The position numbers and the translations under genes were made by a program. Positions 36,379-49,795 of a DNA stretch of 64,000 nucleotides are shown piece by piece; the stretch's first letter is position 1; every line of letters starts with the position of its first letter. The DNA lies in NCBI RefSeq assembly GCF_006345805.1, contig NC_042998.1, forward strand, positions 197,222,001 to 197,286,000. Direction: 5' to 3'. A model generated the notes under the pieces. The model had not been told where the DNA came from and ran no database searches. It saw only the letters and a list, made by a program, of their open reading frames with translations. This DNA comes from Octopus sinensis (lineage: Eukaryota).

Positions 36379-37041
36379 GTGCGTTTAATGTCAGGTTCTT
36401 TTTTAGAAAACTAAAAGTATTATATAATAAAACTGTGGAGGAATGAAGTGGCTGATGAGAACGAGAAACCAGATGCCAATCAAGAAGCAGCGGGTTCAAA
36501 TAGCCTCTTTCCTTCACTGTGGTGAGTCAAATGAGAGAGAAAATGTTTTGGGGAATGATTTCAATGTAATAGTTCTTTTCTGGCCAGAAGCTTGGGTAGA
36601 GGGCATCTGACCTGACATTTGGATTTACTGTTTCTGATTGCATCTTGAGGTAAGAGCAACCTTTATTTATGCCTTATAACCACATAAATCTTGTAGAATT
36701 TCATTATATTTAAATCTCAGAATATTTTTGTACATGAGAAAAGTGTTCACGACTGATCTTTTTTTTTCTTTTTATAGGTTGATATAACTTCTCACTGATG
36801 TAATATAGGGAATTAAAAGACTTTCATGAAATGAGATTATCTGAGCAAATTAATTGACAAATATTCCCGAGGGTTGATTAAAAACTAAAAATCAACAACC
36901 AAGGGACATAACTCTAATAATATAAGCCAAAAAAATTTGGAAAATAAAGATAATTCAGATAAGAGTGGATCTGATCCTTAAATCTAACTGACAAAAGCAA
37001 CAGACATGCTAAGGTTTTATTGGTAAAACTTGAAAGGATTG

Positions 37042-37097
37042 ATATATGTGTGTGTGTGTGTGTATCAGTACATCACTTCAAAAACACTCTACATATA

Positions 37098-37151
<54 letters not shown>

Positions 37152-37478
37152 ACTGAGAATGTGTCTGAATGTGTGTGTATATGTGTATATATGTATGTAT
37201 TATTTATATGTGTGTATGTATGTATTATATATATTTATATGATATGTATGTATGTATGCATTATATATATATATTGATATGTATGTATGCATTATATATA
37301 TATGTATATATGTATATATATGTGTGGTGTGTATATATATATGTATATATAATATATATATATGTATATATATAGGTATATATATATATATATGTATATA
37401 TATATGTATATAATGTATATATATATATGTATATATATATGTATATATATGTATATATATATATGTATATATATGTAT
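37042..37478. repeat. (TA)n/(TG)n compound microsatellite
   Basis: Direct reading. Confidence 0.95.
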
Positions 37479-38399
37479 AAAACTTGAAAATCGCCATTAC
37501 CATTACGATTCTGCAATTTAATTCCCAATTCAACTTACTTTCTTCTTCAATTTCAACTCTCGATCGATGCCCGCAGCAAGTTCTTAAAAATTTATCTTAC
37601 TATTTTTATTCGTTGTTACTTACGTTTATCATACATTGTTACGAAAAAAATTTAACCTTTTAGGCTACTTTCAAGCCTTCGCCATAACTTGATTTATCTT
37701 TCCTATCTCTCTCTCTACAAAAATTAACCTTAGGCTACCTCAAGCCGTAATCCCATCTCTTCCCATCTTTCCGCCATTGGCGGTGCGCCCGCCCCCGCCA
37801 CCAATACCGATGAACTGTTCTCACCCCCACCACCAATACCGGTAACTCTGTTCTCACCACCACCATCACCAATACCGGTGAACACTGTTCTCACCCCCAC
37901 CACCAATACCAGTATACCCTGTTCTCACCATCTACACCGGGTACGCCTACTCCCCCCCTCCCCCCACTACCCCTTCTCCTCATATGCTTTCACTGTGAAA
38001 AGACAAGCTGCTAGCACCATAGCTCATCAACTGCCCACCGATCTTACTTCCTCCTGACACTGCCTCATTCCGACCATCCCCTTTAGTACCCTCCCGCCTC
38101 GTAATATCCTACGTTTTTATTTCTTAAGAACCTACACCAACCCTTCCTGCCATCGTTCCTCTTTACCCCAACCTTCCCCACTGGTTGCTCCCCTATATTA
38201 CCCGCCTCAACTGGACCCCCCTCCCCAACTCAACTCTAGAATATCTGTATTTCTTTCCTCTACCTAATTACGTTACTCAGTGACGATAAATGCTGTGTGA
38301 CTACAAAGACCCGGGCTGCTTTCTGCAGCAATTCCACATACCCCCTACCCATTCTAAGTACCCCGGATCCCCAAAGTACCCCGATCCCCAAGTACCGGG

Positions 38400-38674
38400 A
38401 CCTCGTTGCCCCCGTGCCGCTGACACGTTAAAATGTTCGAACCGATCGTGACGATGCCGGACCCTCCGGCCCTGTGCAGGTGGCACGTAAAAAGCACCCA
38501 ATCACTCACGGAGAGTGGTTGGCGTTAGGAAGGGCATCCAGCCGTAGAAACTCTGCCAGATTCAGACTGGAGCCTGGTGCGGCCCCTGGCTTCCCAGACC
38601 CGGTCAAACCGTCCAACCGTGCTAGCTAGCGCGGAAAGCGGACGTTAAACGATGATGATGATGATGATGATGAT
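38400..38674 (+). mobile_element. RTE LINE 3' UTR fragment (family 1)
   Basis: Same family with (TGA)n tail. Confidence 0.75.
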
Positions 38675-39426
38675 ATATGTATATATATGTATATATATGT
38701 ATGTGTATATATATGTATATATATGTATATATATGTATATATATGTGTATATATGTATATATATGTGTATATATGTATATATATGTGTATATATGTATGT
38801 ATATATATGTGTATATATGTATATATATATATGTGTATATATGTATATATATATATGTGTATATATGTATGTATATATATGTATATATATATATGTATAT
38901 ATATGTATGTATATATGTATATATATGTATATATGTTATATATATGTATATATATGTATATATATGTATATATATATGTATTATATTAGTATATATGTAT
39001 ATATATATGTATATATAATGTATATATATATGTATATATATGTATATATGTGTATATATATATGTATATATGTGTGTATATATATATGTATATATGTGTG
39101 TATATATATATGTATATATGTGTGTAATATATTATGTATAATGTGTGTATATATATGTGTATATAGTGTATATATATGTATCAATATATGTATATTATGT
39201 ATATATATATGTGTATATATGTTATATATATGTGTATATATGTATATATATATATATGTGTTATATGTATATATATATGTGTATATTTATATGTATATAT
39301 ATATGTGTATATATGTATATATATATGTGTATATATGTATATATATATGTGTATAATGTATATATATATGTGTATATATGATATATATATGTGTATATAT
39401 GTATATATATATGTATATATATAATG

Positions 39427-39460
<34 letters not shown>
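38675..39460. repeat. (TA)n/(TATG)n microsatellite
   Basis: Direct reading; source of spurious Y/I/M/V ORFs. Confidence 0.95.
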
Positions 39461-39463
<3 letters not shown>

Positions 39464-39564
39464 CCGGGAGTAAACACATAAATGTGAAACAAGGTGGAAA
39501 AAAGAGTACTCAAATACCAGTGGTAGAGTAATATGCTTTATTTAAAGCAGCAGAAAATTCAACA

Positions 39565-39610
39565 AAACCTGTTACTCTGAGTTTTCCGTTTCCGTTCGTC
39601 GGACAGGTTT
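39565..39610 (-). ncRNA. Degenerate type I hammerhead ribozyme motif (Penelope-like terminus)
   Basis: Minus strand aaacctgt-CCGACGA-acggaaacg-GAAAA-ctcagag-TA-acaggttt: 8-bp stem I, stem III ctc/gag, core with substitutions. Confidence 0.5.
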
Positions 39611-40039
39611 AGCTAGAATGGAACCGATATGCTGCTTTAAATAAAGTATATATATATATGTATGCGCAGACATGGCTGTGTGCTAAGAAGCTTACTCGCC
39701 AACCACATGATTCCAGGTTCAGTCCCTAAGCAAGTGTCTTCTACTATAGTGGCGAACTGGCAGAAACGTTGACATGCCGGGTGAAATGCTTAGCGGTATT
39801 TCGTCTGTCTTTATGTTCTAAGTTCAAATGCTGCTGAGGTCAATTTTGCTTTTCATCCTTTCGGAGTTGATAAATAAGTACCAGTTGTGTACTGGGGTCG
39901 ATCTAATTGACTGGTCCCTTCCCCAAATATTTCGGGCCTTGTGCCTTGAGTAGAAAAAAAACTGTCTTCCACTATGGCCTTGGGTCAACCAAAGCCATGT
40001 CAGTGGATTTGGTTAATGGAAACTGAAAGAAGTCTGCCC

Positions 40040-40075
<36 letters not shown>

Positions 40076-41576
40076 ATATATGTGTGTGTGCATTTGTGTC
40101 TGTATTTGTTTCCCCCAACCATCACCTAGAAACCGATGTTGGTGTGTTTATGTCCCTGTAACTTAGCGGTTCAGCAAAGATATTGATAGAATAAGCACTA
40201 GGCTTATAGAGAATAAGCCCAGGGGTTGATTTCTTCAACTAAAAGGTGGTGCTCCAGCCTGGCCACACCAATATGACAAACAAGTAACAGACTAAAAAAA
40301 TTATATATATATACACACACATATACATATGTATAAGTCTTGAGATTAAGCGGCTGAAACTGCAAAGACGATCTGCTTCTTGACTGAAGATTGAAAGCTT
40401 CGAATGTCCCGTCCTTGTGTTTTCCTGTCCTTTTTTGTATCACCTACAGTCCGAATGTTTTGTTGTTGCCTATTACGTTCTTGTTCCATATTTTGTTTTG
40501 ATTTTTTTATATACACATATAGCGGCGTACGTACATTTTTGGTTTCCTGTATGTAAGTACGTATATATATCTAAATTCTGTACGACTCTTAATTTTTCCT
40601 TTAGCCCCTTTCACACTTACTTCGTTCCTTCCACTTTTCTTTTTCTCACTCCCACCCTCTCTCACATTTCTTGGCACTCCCTTCATTCTCATCACTTTCC
40701 CTCCTCCTTTACCTCACTCTGTTCCTTTCCTTTTTTTCTCTCTTTCTTGTCCCTCCCTAATTCTTCAATCCCTCTATCCACTACCTCTCTCTTCTCCTTC
40801 CACATGACTGGTGTTTGGCCAAGCCTGACCTTTCTTTCTTGGCTTGACTACCAAGACTAAATCTCTCATATTTCTTCCCATGATTTTCATCTTTTATGTT
40901 CCTGCCCTAAGGCTTCACTTCCACAGATGCCAGCTAAATTTAATTCATCCTTAGTCGAAAGACACCTGTTGTTAATGTCCTGTTGTTTGTATTTGTAATT
41001 GTGTACCATTTCTCCATTTTTTTTTCTTTTCGTCCTTGTTTTTGTATACATTCGCTTGCTTTCTTCCAAAAAATCTAGTGCTCTTAGCTTAGATTTCCTT
41101 GGGGCCGGCCAGATTAGAGCAGATTCGAGATTAACCAGCTGAAACTGCAAAGATGATCTGCTTTACAACTGAAGATTGAAAGCTCCGAATGTCTTGTCCT
41201 TATTTTTTCCTGTCCTTTTTTGTATCACCTACAGTCCAAATGTTTTGTTGTTGCCTATTACGTTCTTGTTCCATATTTTGTTTTGATTTTTTACATATAA
41301 ATATATATATGTGTGTGTGTGGGTGTATATATAAATATGTATATATATATATAATTAAAGTCAAAAAGAGGGTGAAAAAATTGGATATTAATTTAATAAC
41401 ATCAATTTAAACACCAGTGGCCTAGCGTATAAAAAACTGAGATTCAGTAAATATTATTAATACACATCTATGAGAGAGAATCCAATTCTTAGTGGTTGAG
41501 TCCCTTTGCGGATCTATATCTAGCGTAAGAGCGTCCACATATTGGATTCTCTCTCATAGTTGTGTGTGTTTATATA

Positions 41577-41962
41577 TCTCTCTCTATATAAATGGCAGTT
41601 TGTCTGTGTGTGTTTCTGTGTGTCTGTTTGGTTGTACCCTCACCCTGACCACTGCTTTCAACCGATTCTGATGAAACTTGACACACACATAGCCCAATGT
41701 CATAATTCAAAACTAACGCAGCGAAAATTTTGAAAAGTTCCCCCAGTTCTGAAAAAAATCGATAAATTCGACATGGGGTCGAGAATCAGAAACACAAACC
41801 ACAGACTGTCTAGGGGACGCAACTCGACCTTTTTTAACTCTCAAAAAAAAATTTACCATAATTTCTTTTCCATTTTTTTGCTATTTTTTTACTATAACTC
41901 TCTAAAAATGCTTTATAGTTATTTCCCTTACAAACCTGAGCAACGCCAGGCGATACTGCTAG
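41577..41962 (+). mobile_element. Non-autonomous Helitron
   Basis: TC start and the same 3' end gagcaacgccaggcgatactgCTAG|t, but a different 5' body. Confidence 0.8.
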
Positions 41963-42054
41963 TATATACATATATATACATGTGTGTGTGTGTATATATA
42001 TAATATATATATATACATACATGTGTGTGTATATATATATATATGTATATATAC

Positions 42055-43000
42055 ATCATCATTGTTTAATGTCCGTTTTCCATGCTAGCATGGGTTGGAT
42101 GGTTCGACCGGGGTCTGGGAAGCCAGGAGGCTGCACCAGGCTCCAGTCTTATCTGGGAGTGTTTCTACAGCTGGATGCTCTTCCTAACGCCAACCACTCC
42201 ATGAGTGTAGTGGGTGCTTTTTACATGCCACCGGCACAGGGGCCGGAGGTGGCTGGCAATGGGCATGATAGGTTGGTCCTTTTTACATGCCACTGGCATG
42301 GAAGCCAGTCAAGGCGGCGCTGGCATCAGCCACATTTGGATGGTGCTTTTTATGTGCCACTGGCACAGGTATCACAACTACAATTTCCATTTCATTTTCA
42401 TTTTGATGTTGATGTACTTGACTCAATAGGTCTCCTCAAGTACAGCAGGTCGCCCTATGATCCAAGGTACTTTTGAATGGGCTGAGGCTGGTTATGCGAA
42501 ACTGGTGCAGGAAACAGCCATGAACTCACGTTATTTGTCAGGTCTTCGCAGTCCTGGCATATTTCCAGAGGTCTTGGTCTTTCCTCATTGCCTCTGTAAG
42601 ACCCAACGTTTGAAGGCCATGTTTCACTACCTCATCCCATGTCTTCCTTGGTGTACCTCTACCCCAGATTCCTTCAACTGTTTGGGAGTGGCACTTCTTC
42701 ACACATCTCTCCTCATCCATCCGTAGTACATGACCATACCAGCACAAACGTCTCTCTTGCACACCACATCCAATGCTTCTTATGTCCAACATTTCTCTCA
42801 GGCCACTTACTCTATTGTGTGTGTACACTGACATTACACATCCAGCGGATCATGCTAGCTTAATTTCTTTTGAGCCTACGCATGTCCTCTGCATCGCACA
42901 CATGCATCGTACAATCTACCTTTCACTCTGAGCGAGAGGCCCTTTGTCACCAGTAGGGGTAGAAGCATTCTAAACTTTGCCCAGGCTATTCTTATTCTAG
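42055..43000 (-). mobile_element. 5'-truncated RTE LINE (family 1)
   Basis: RIRIAWAKFR, WYGHVLRM, GRGTPRKTW, then 3' UTR repeats and tail. Confidence 0.85.
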
Positions 43001-43032
43001 TATATATATATAATATATATACATACACACAC

Positions 43033-43083
<51 letters not shown>

Positions 43084-43096
43084 TATATATACACAC

Positions 43097-43130
<34 letters not shown>

Positions 43131-43955
43131 GCGCTAGCATCGAAAACGGACGCTAAACGATGATGATGATGATATATATATATATCAGAGGGATGACCAC
43201 TAACTGGACATTCATTATGTTAGAAGTCGACCCCTTATGGTCTTACCACTAAGAAAGGAATGTTCTCAAGAAAATTTAGCAAACACCAGAACGTAAGCAA
43301 GCAAGACAAATGAAAAGTAACAAAACATGCAGATTAATCACAAACCAGTTTCATTGTTACCACTTACGTAATCACTTATGTAGATGTCCGCAACTCATCA
43401 GTGTGATCGTCATAGCAAAATATAATTTGCAGAACTATACACAAGGCGTATGCATGAGATTGAACATGTATATAGCTCTACCAATTACATTTGGGGTTAT
43501 ATTTCAAAAGTCTTCATTTTGGCACTTCAAAATACAGCGCCAAAATAGATCTATATATATATAATATATATATATATATATACATATATATATGTATATA
43601 TGTATGTATATATATATATTATATATATATATACATATATATATGTATATATGACTGTAAATACTTATGGTGATATATATATGTATGTATATACATATGG
43701 ATATATATATATATTTATGTTGGAAAAAATAAGGTACTCAGGAATCTGGATGGTTGTACATTTACAGATTTTTTATTAAAGTCTCATATTTTTATAAATC
43801 ATATAATAGCGCTTGCATCTACTCTAGTAGAATCTTCAGATTTGAATTTGTTTCCGAGGATTCCTCTCTTTTTATAATATTATTGAGTGTGTAAGGGTGG
43901 GGAGAGATATACGATAGTAAAAGAGGGTGAGGAATGGGGAGAAAGTGAGAGAGGG

Positions 43956-46016
43956 TGTGTGTGTGTGTGTGTCTGAAAGGAGTGCCAATGGAAAAGAGAA
44001 GGAAGAGATAAAGAAGAAAAAAATGTGTTTGTATCTATGCAGCTGGTCAGTTCTTTCAAAAGAAAGTGATGAGTTGGTTCTTGGCTTTTAAAAATCGCAA
44101 AACCATGTGGCTACTCTATATATATATATACATAAAAGTTATTTTTCAAAAAATTGTCATCCTCATCAATTATCATCCTCATCATCATTGTCCAGTGAGA
44201 GAGAGTGTGTATGTTTTTTTGTCTGTGTGTGTGTGTCTTTATCTGAAAGGAGTGTCAATTTGAAAAGAGAAGGAAAGAAAGAAGAAAGAAAGGAAGAAGA
44301 AATAATTGTACTTACATCTATACAGCTGGTCAGTTCTTTCAATAGAAGATGACAAGTTGGTTAATAAAAGTTATTTTTCAAAAAATTGTCTGGATTTATT
44401 ACCATCATCATCCTTGTCCAATGTTTGATTTGTCTTGCTGGTATTGGTTGGAAACTCTGGGTGTAAGATTGTTTCTATTTATGTATATGTACATATGTAT
44501 AGTACTCTGTGTGTGTGTGTGTTTAATACAAAATTACAGTTTACTTTTCAAAATTTGTTCTTCATCCAGTACAAATCATTACAGAAATAGTGATATTTCA
44601 CCAGTCACAGCTATATATATATATACTAATACATTTGTTTGTTTGTACTCCACCTGCCTTTGTCTTTTGTTTATTTTCGTAAACCTTCCCGTTATATATA
44701 TATATATCTTTTTTCTTCCAAGAGGAATGAATATAAGGAACAGTTCTTTACAAAAATGAAGATTTTAGGATGGGCAATAATGGTACAAGAGAAAGTGTCT
44801 TGTGAAGGAGCTCAATGAAACAAATATGCATACAATTTCTTGTACATTGTGAGGACATTGTGATAAAGTCTGTTTTGAAACGTATATCTATGAATTCCCT
44901 GTATTTTTCTACCCATTGTTTTATTGCTTCCAGACCCAGGGTGTGTGGTATGTTCGTGTATAGGTTTGTGACATCGAAGCTTGCAAGTATGGTGTTTTCC
45001 GTAACCGTATTTGGAATGTGTGTGAGGAAGTCTATGTCATCCCTTATGTAGCTTGGTATCAGTGGGCATAAAGGTTTGAAGAGTATATCTATGAAGTGGC
45101 TTAGTTGCTGTGTTGGCGCTTGGGGCCCTGCAACTATTGGTCTCATTGTGAGGTCTGCAGGCCTTTGTATTCTTATATAGTGGTTCCTCTGTTCCTTTAT
45201 GGCTCTCTGTATTCAGAGCTTTTATGAATTTTAGGTAATCCATAAAAGTTGCTATCTTTGGTTCTTGAGTTGCATAGATAGTCTTTCTCCTTGTCTGTAA
45301 ATGAGTCCTGGTATTCATTGACTAATGTTCCAATTTTTTCATTGTTGCTTTCTCCGATTGTGTTGATTCCTCTTTATAGTATGTCTGGTTGTTAAGAAAC
45401 TCCAGTATCTTTTCTTTGTAGTAATCTCTATCCATAATTACTATTGCCCCCACCTTTGTCAGCTTCTTTTATAATGATCGACTTGTCATTTTTTAGTTCA
45501 TGTAAGGCTTGTTTTTCTCCTCTGCGGAGGTTCTGTTTGCATTTATGTGTTGAGAGGGAATTTGGAGATTGTCTCTTTGTATGCGTCCAGGCGTTTGTCA
45601 TTTCCCTTGTGACTGGTGAAATGTCACTATGTCTGTAATGATTTGTACTGGATGAAAGACCAATTTTGTAAAGTAAACTGTAATTTTGTATTAAAGACAC
45701 ACACACGGTACTATACATATGTACACATACATAAGTAGAAACAATCTTACACCCAATTTTCCAACCCATACCAGCATGAGGAATCAAACATTGGACAAGG
45801 ATGATGAGGATGATAATAAATCCAGACAATTTTTTGAAAATAACTTTTATTAACCAACTTGTCATCTGCTATTGAAAGAACTGAACAGCTGTATAGATGT
45901 AAGTACAATTATTTCTTCTTCTTTTCTTTCTTCTTTCTTTCTTTCTCTTTTCCACTGACACTTCTTTCAGATACACAGGCGCACACACACACACACACAC
46001 ACAACACACACACACA

Positions 46017-46055
<39 letters not shown>

Positions 46056-46318
46056 TACACACACAAGCATACACACTCTCTCTCACTGGACAATGATGAT
46101 GAGGATGACAATTTTTTGAAAGATAACTTTTATCAAGACCACCCCATAGAGTAGCCACCTGGTTTTGTCATTTTAAAGGCCAAGAATCAACTCATCACCT
46201 TCTATTGAAATAACTGACCAGCTGTATAGATGTAAACACATTTTTTCTTCTTTCTCTCTTTCTTCTTTCTTGCCTTCTCTTTTCCACTGACACTCCTTTC
46301 AGATACATACACACACAC
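43956..46318. repeat. Long imperfect inverted repeat (~650-700-bp arms)
   Basis: 43956-44609 is the diverged reverse complement of 45608-46318. Confidence 0.85.
44860..45600 (-). mobile_element. Penelope-like element RT fragment
   Basis: IIIKEADKGG, RPIVAG, YIRD, LASFDVTNLYTNIP motifs; frameshifted. Confidence 0.85.
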
Positions 46319-46636
46319 AAATACGAACACACATATATTGGACAGATTATGACATTTATAGGTGTGGGCATGGCTGTGTGGTAAGAAGCTTGCTTCTCAA
46401 TCACATGGTTCTGGGTTCAGTCCCACTGCGTGGCACCTTGGGCAAGTGTCTTCTACTATAGCCTCAGTCTAACCAAAGTCTTGCGAGTGGATTTGGTAGA
46501 CGGAAACTGAAAGAAGGCCACTATATATATGTGTGTGTGTGTATATATATATTGTTGTTGTTGGCATCCTTTTGTATGTACATGCATATACATCTACCCA
46601 CACACATACGCACATATATATACATATGATGACTGG

Positions 46637-46678
<42 letters not shown>

Positions 46679-46806
46679 GATATACATATCTATATATGTG
46701 TATATATACATACATATATATACCTATATATATATTCAAAATGTGACCGTGTGTGTACTGTTTTTTTCCCTCTGTCTTCCCTTCTCTGGATCTTTCCTTC
46801 TACTAT

Positions 46807-46841
46807 GTTTCTGACGAAGAGCTCCGCTTGAAATGTTAAAC
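46807..46841 (+). ncRNA. Minimal type I hammerhead ribozyme remnant
   Basis: gttt-CTGACGA-a-gagc tcc gctt-GAAA-tg-TT-aaac; both departures from the expected gctcGAAAcgtt are CpG>TpG changes. Confidence 0.65.
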
Positions 46842-46954
46842 CCTCCTTCTTTCCTGAGCATCCAATAATACTATATTTGTTCTACGTCCTCGCGTTGTTG
46901 TGTTTTTTTGTGTTTTCATGTTTGGATTAACTTTATATATATATATATATATAA

Positions 46955-48416
46955 TTGTTGTTGGCATCCTTTTTGTCTCGCGAGACAATGGAATTGCGCA
47001 TAAAATAATGTAGTCCGGCTTTTACATTTCATGTCCTAATACATCTCCTGCTGTCGCTGTGTAGTCCTATCTTGGACAAACACTCCCTCTGGCAGGTACC
47101 GCAAATGTAGCGAAGACTGTTCCTGGCTGGTTGTAATGCCGTAGTTTCTTGTTGACGTCTTTTCTTGTGTTTCCATTTCTCCTCTCCCTCTATGTCACTC
47201 CTTTCTGTTCCCTCTTTTACGGTACGTCGCCAGTCTCCACGGTTGCCAGCAACTGCTTCCCAGTTGGTAATATTGATGCCACAGGCATTCATGTCCCTTT
47301 TGCAAACATCCTTGTAACGTAAGAGCGGTCTACCCACAGACCTAGTACCCCTAGCAAGCTCTCCGTTGAGTATGTCCTTGGAGATTCTGCCATATTCCAT
47401 ACGGCTAACATATCCAAGCCATCTCATACGTCTTTGTGTGAGGAGTGCAAATATGCTTGGTATTCCTGCTTGCTTGAGGACATCTTTGTTTGGAACACGA
47501 TTATGCCATTTGATGCGAAGGATTTTCTGGAGGCAGGGCAGGTGAAAGATATTTAGGCGACGTATGGCGTCGTATGGCGTGTGTCTGGTGTCCAAGTCTC
47601 ACTTCCATACAGTAGAGTGCTAAGTACACATGCCTGGTAGATCTTCATTTTTGTGGTCTTGGTCAGCTTATTGTTGTCCCATGCCCGTTTGGAGAGTTGG
47701 GCCATCACAGCAGCTGCCTTGCCAATGCGTATATTGAGCTCAGCATCAAGGGATAGGTTGTAGGTGACGGTAGAGCCAATATAGGTAAACTTCTCCACCT
47801 CCTGTAGTCTGTGGTCTCCAATATGTATATTTGGGATGTCCGATGTGTCCTGACCCATGATGTTGGTCTTGTTGAGGCTGATAACTAAGCCAAAGTCACT
47901 ACATGCTTGCTCATAACAGTTGATGGGCCTTTGCAGGGCTTCTTCTGTGTGTGATATCAGAGCGGCATCATCAGTAAAGAGCATGTTCTTGATCAGGACG
48001 CTTCTGATTTTGGTCTTGGCATGCAGACGTGAGAGATTGAACAGTTTCCTGCCACTTCTACTGTGCAAAAACACTCCATCAGCTGATGTCTCGAAGGCAT
48101 GTGACAGAAGTAGTGAGAAGATGCCAAATAAAGTAGGAGCGAGGACACAACCTTGCTTTGCCCCGTTTTTTATTTGGAAGGTGGCTGATGTTGAACCATT
48201 GAGCTGTATGGTGCCTTGCATATCATCATGGAAAGATTTGATGATCCTCAGCAGCTTTGGTGGACATACGATTTTTTGGAGCAGGATGAAGAGGCCTTTT
48301 CTACTTACCAGGTCAAAGGCTTTTGTTTGATCAATGAAGGCCATATATAATGGCATTTTCTGCTCTCTGGACTTCTCCTGAAGTTGGCGTATGGAGAATA
48401 TCATGTCAATAGTTGA
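46955..48416 (-). mobile_element. 5'-truncated RTE (BovB-like) LINE
   Basis: QLQEKSREQ, FIDQTKAFD, GAKQGCVLAPTLF, LFTDD, LLYGSETW, C-terminal CxxC...H-like motif, (CAA)n tail. Confidence 0.9.
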
Positions 48417-48770
48417 CACGTAAAAAGCACTATCCGTTCGTGGCCGTTGCCAGCCTCGCCTGGCCCCTGTGCCGGTGGCATGTAAAAGCACCATCCGTTC
48501 GTGGCCGTTGCCAGCCTCGCCTGGCCCCTGTGCCGGTGGCACGTAAAAGCACCATCCGCCCGTGGCCGTCTGCCAGCTTTGTCTGGCATCTGTGTGAGTG
48601 GCACGTAAAAAACACCCACTACACTCACGGAGTGGTTGGCATTAGGAAGGGCATCCAGCCGTAGAAACACTGCCAGATCAGACTGGGCCTGAAGCAGCCT
48701 TCTGGCTTCACAGAACCGTCCAACCCATGCTAGCATGGAAAGCGGATGTTAAATGATGATGATGATGATA
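48417..48770 (+). mobile_element. RTE LINE 3' UTR fragment (family 1)
   Basis: Same family with (TGA)n tail. Confidence 0.8.
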
Positions 48771-49374
48771 TATAGATATAGGTCAACTATTGACATGCTA
48801 TTCTCCATACGCCAACTTCAGGAGAAGTCCAGAGAGCAGAAAATACCATTATATATGGCCTTCATAGATCTGAAAATCGCTACCCACCACCTAAATATAT
48901 ATATGTATATATATGTATGTATATAAATATATATATATATATATTTAGGTGGTGGGTAGCGATTTTCTTCACTACCTCAGGGAGTGACGACTCTGCCTGA
49001 CACGAGTCCTGGGCTCAGCTGGCTCTGGCTGACAGTACCCGGTACGGGCCCCTATCCGGGGTTACGGAAAGGAGACAACCTTCAAAGAAATCCGTAGTGA
49101 AGCACCATAGGCGGTTTAGTGTTTGACTCGACACTCTTCTGGCAGCTCCTGCAACCAAGCTGATGCCAAACGTAATGCTCTGCACTCTTTTGGACTACGT
49201 CAGCAAGGTCAAGAGAGGATTCCTGACGATTGGGCTACACAGGATTTTCTTATATTTATCCCAGGCCTGTGCAAAACTGGAGAAGAAATTGGAGAGGGCA
49301 TGAAATGTAAAAACCAGACTGAATTAGTTTATGCACAACTCCATTGTCTCCTGAGACAGAAGGATGCAAACAAC

Positions 49375-49795
49375 AATTACCTTCCCTTCTTGGAACACAA
49401 AACTCTACTTGTGAAGACCTGTTGAGGCAAGTGAGAATCAGAATCGAAATCGATCAATGGAAATTGCAGCTGAGATGCCGGTGGCACGTAAGAGAACCAT
49501 TTGAACATGGCCGTAGCCAGCGTCGACCCGACTGGCCTCGTGCCGGTGGCACGTAAAAAGCACAATCCGATTGTGGCCATTTGCCAGACTCGTCTGGCAC
49601 CTGTGCCGGTGGCACGTAAAAAGCACCCACTACACTCATGGAGTGGTTGGCGTTAGGAAGGACATCCAGCCGTAGAAACATTGCCAGATCAGACTGGGCC
49701 TGGTGCAGCCTTCTGGCTTCCCAGACCCCAGTTGAACCATCCAACCCAGGCTAGTATGGAAAGCGGATGCTAAACGATGATGATGATGATGATGA
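49375..49795 (+). mobile_element. RTE LINE 3' UTR fragment (family 1)
   Basis: Same family with (TGA)n tail. Confidence 0.8.

Noticed and set aside
36760-36800. Strong-looking acceptor tttttctttttatag
   Set aside because: It is the shared downstream intron motif and gives an immediate TGA in the phase-1 frame
37020-39513. Y/I/M/C/V-rich ORFs
   Set aside because: Translations of (TA)n/(TG)n microsatellites
40342-41300. Direct repeats (~40342-40520, ~41128-41300) with ctgaaga...cgaa as a hammerhead
   Set aside because: GAAA and stem II are not intact in either copy; at most a decayed Penelope-like terminus
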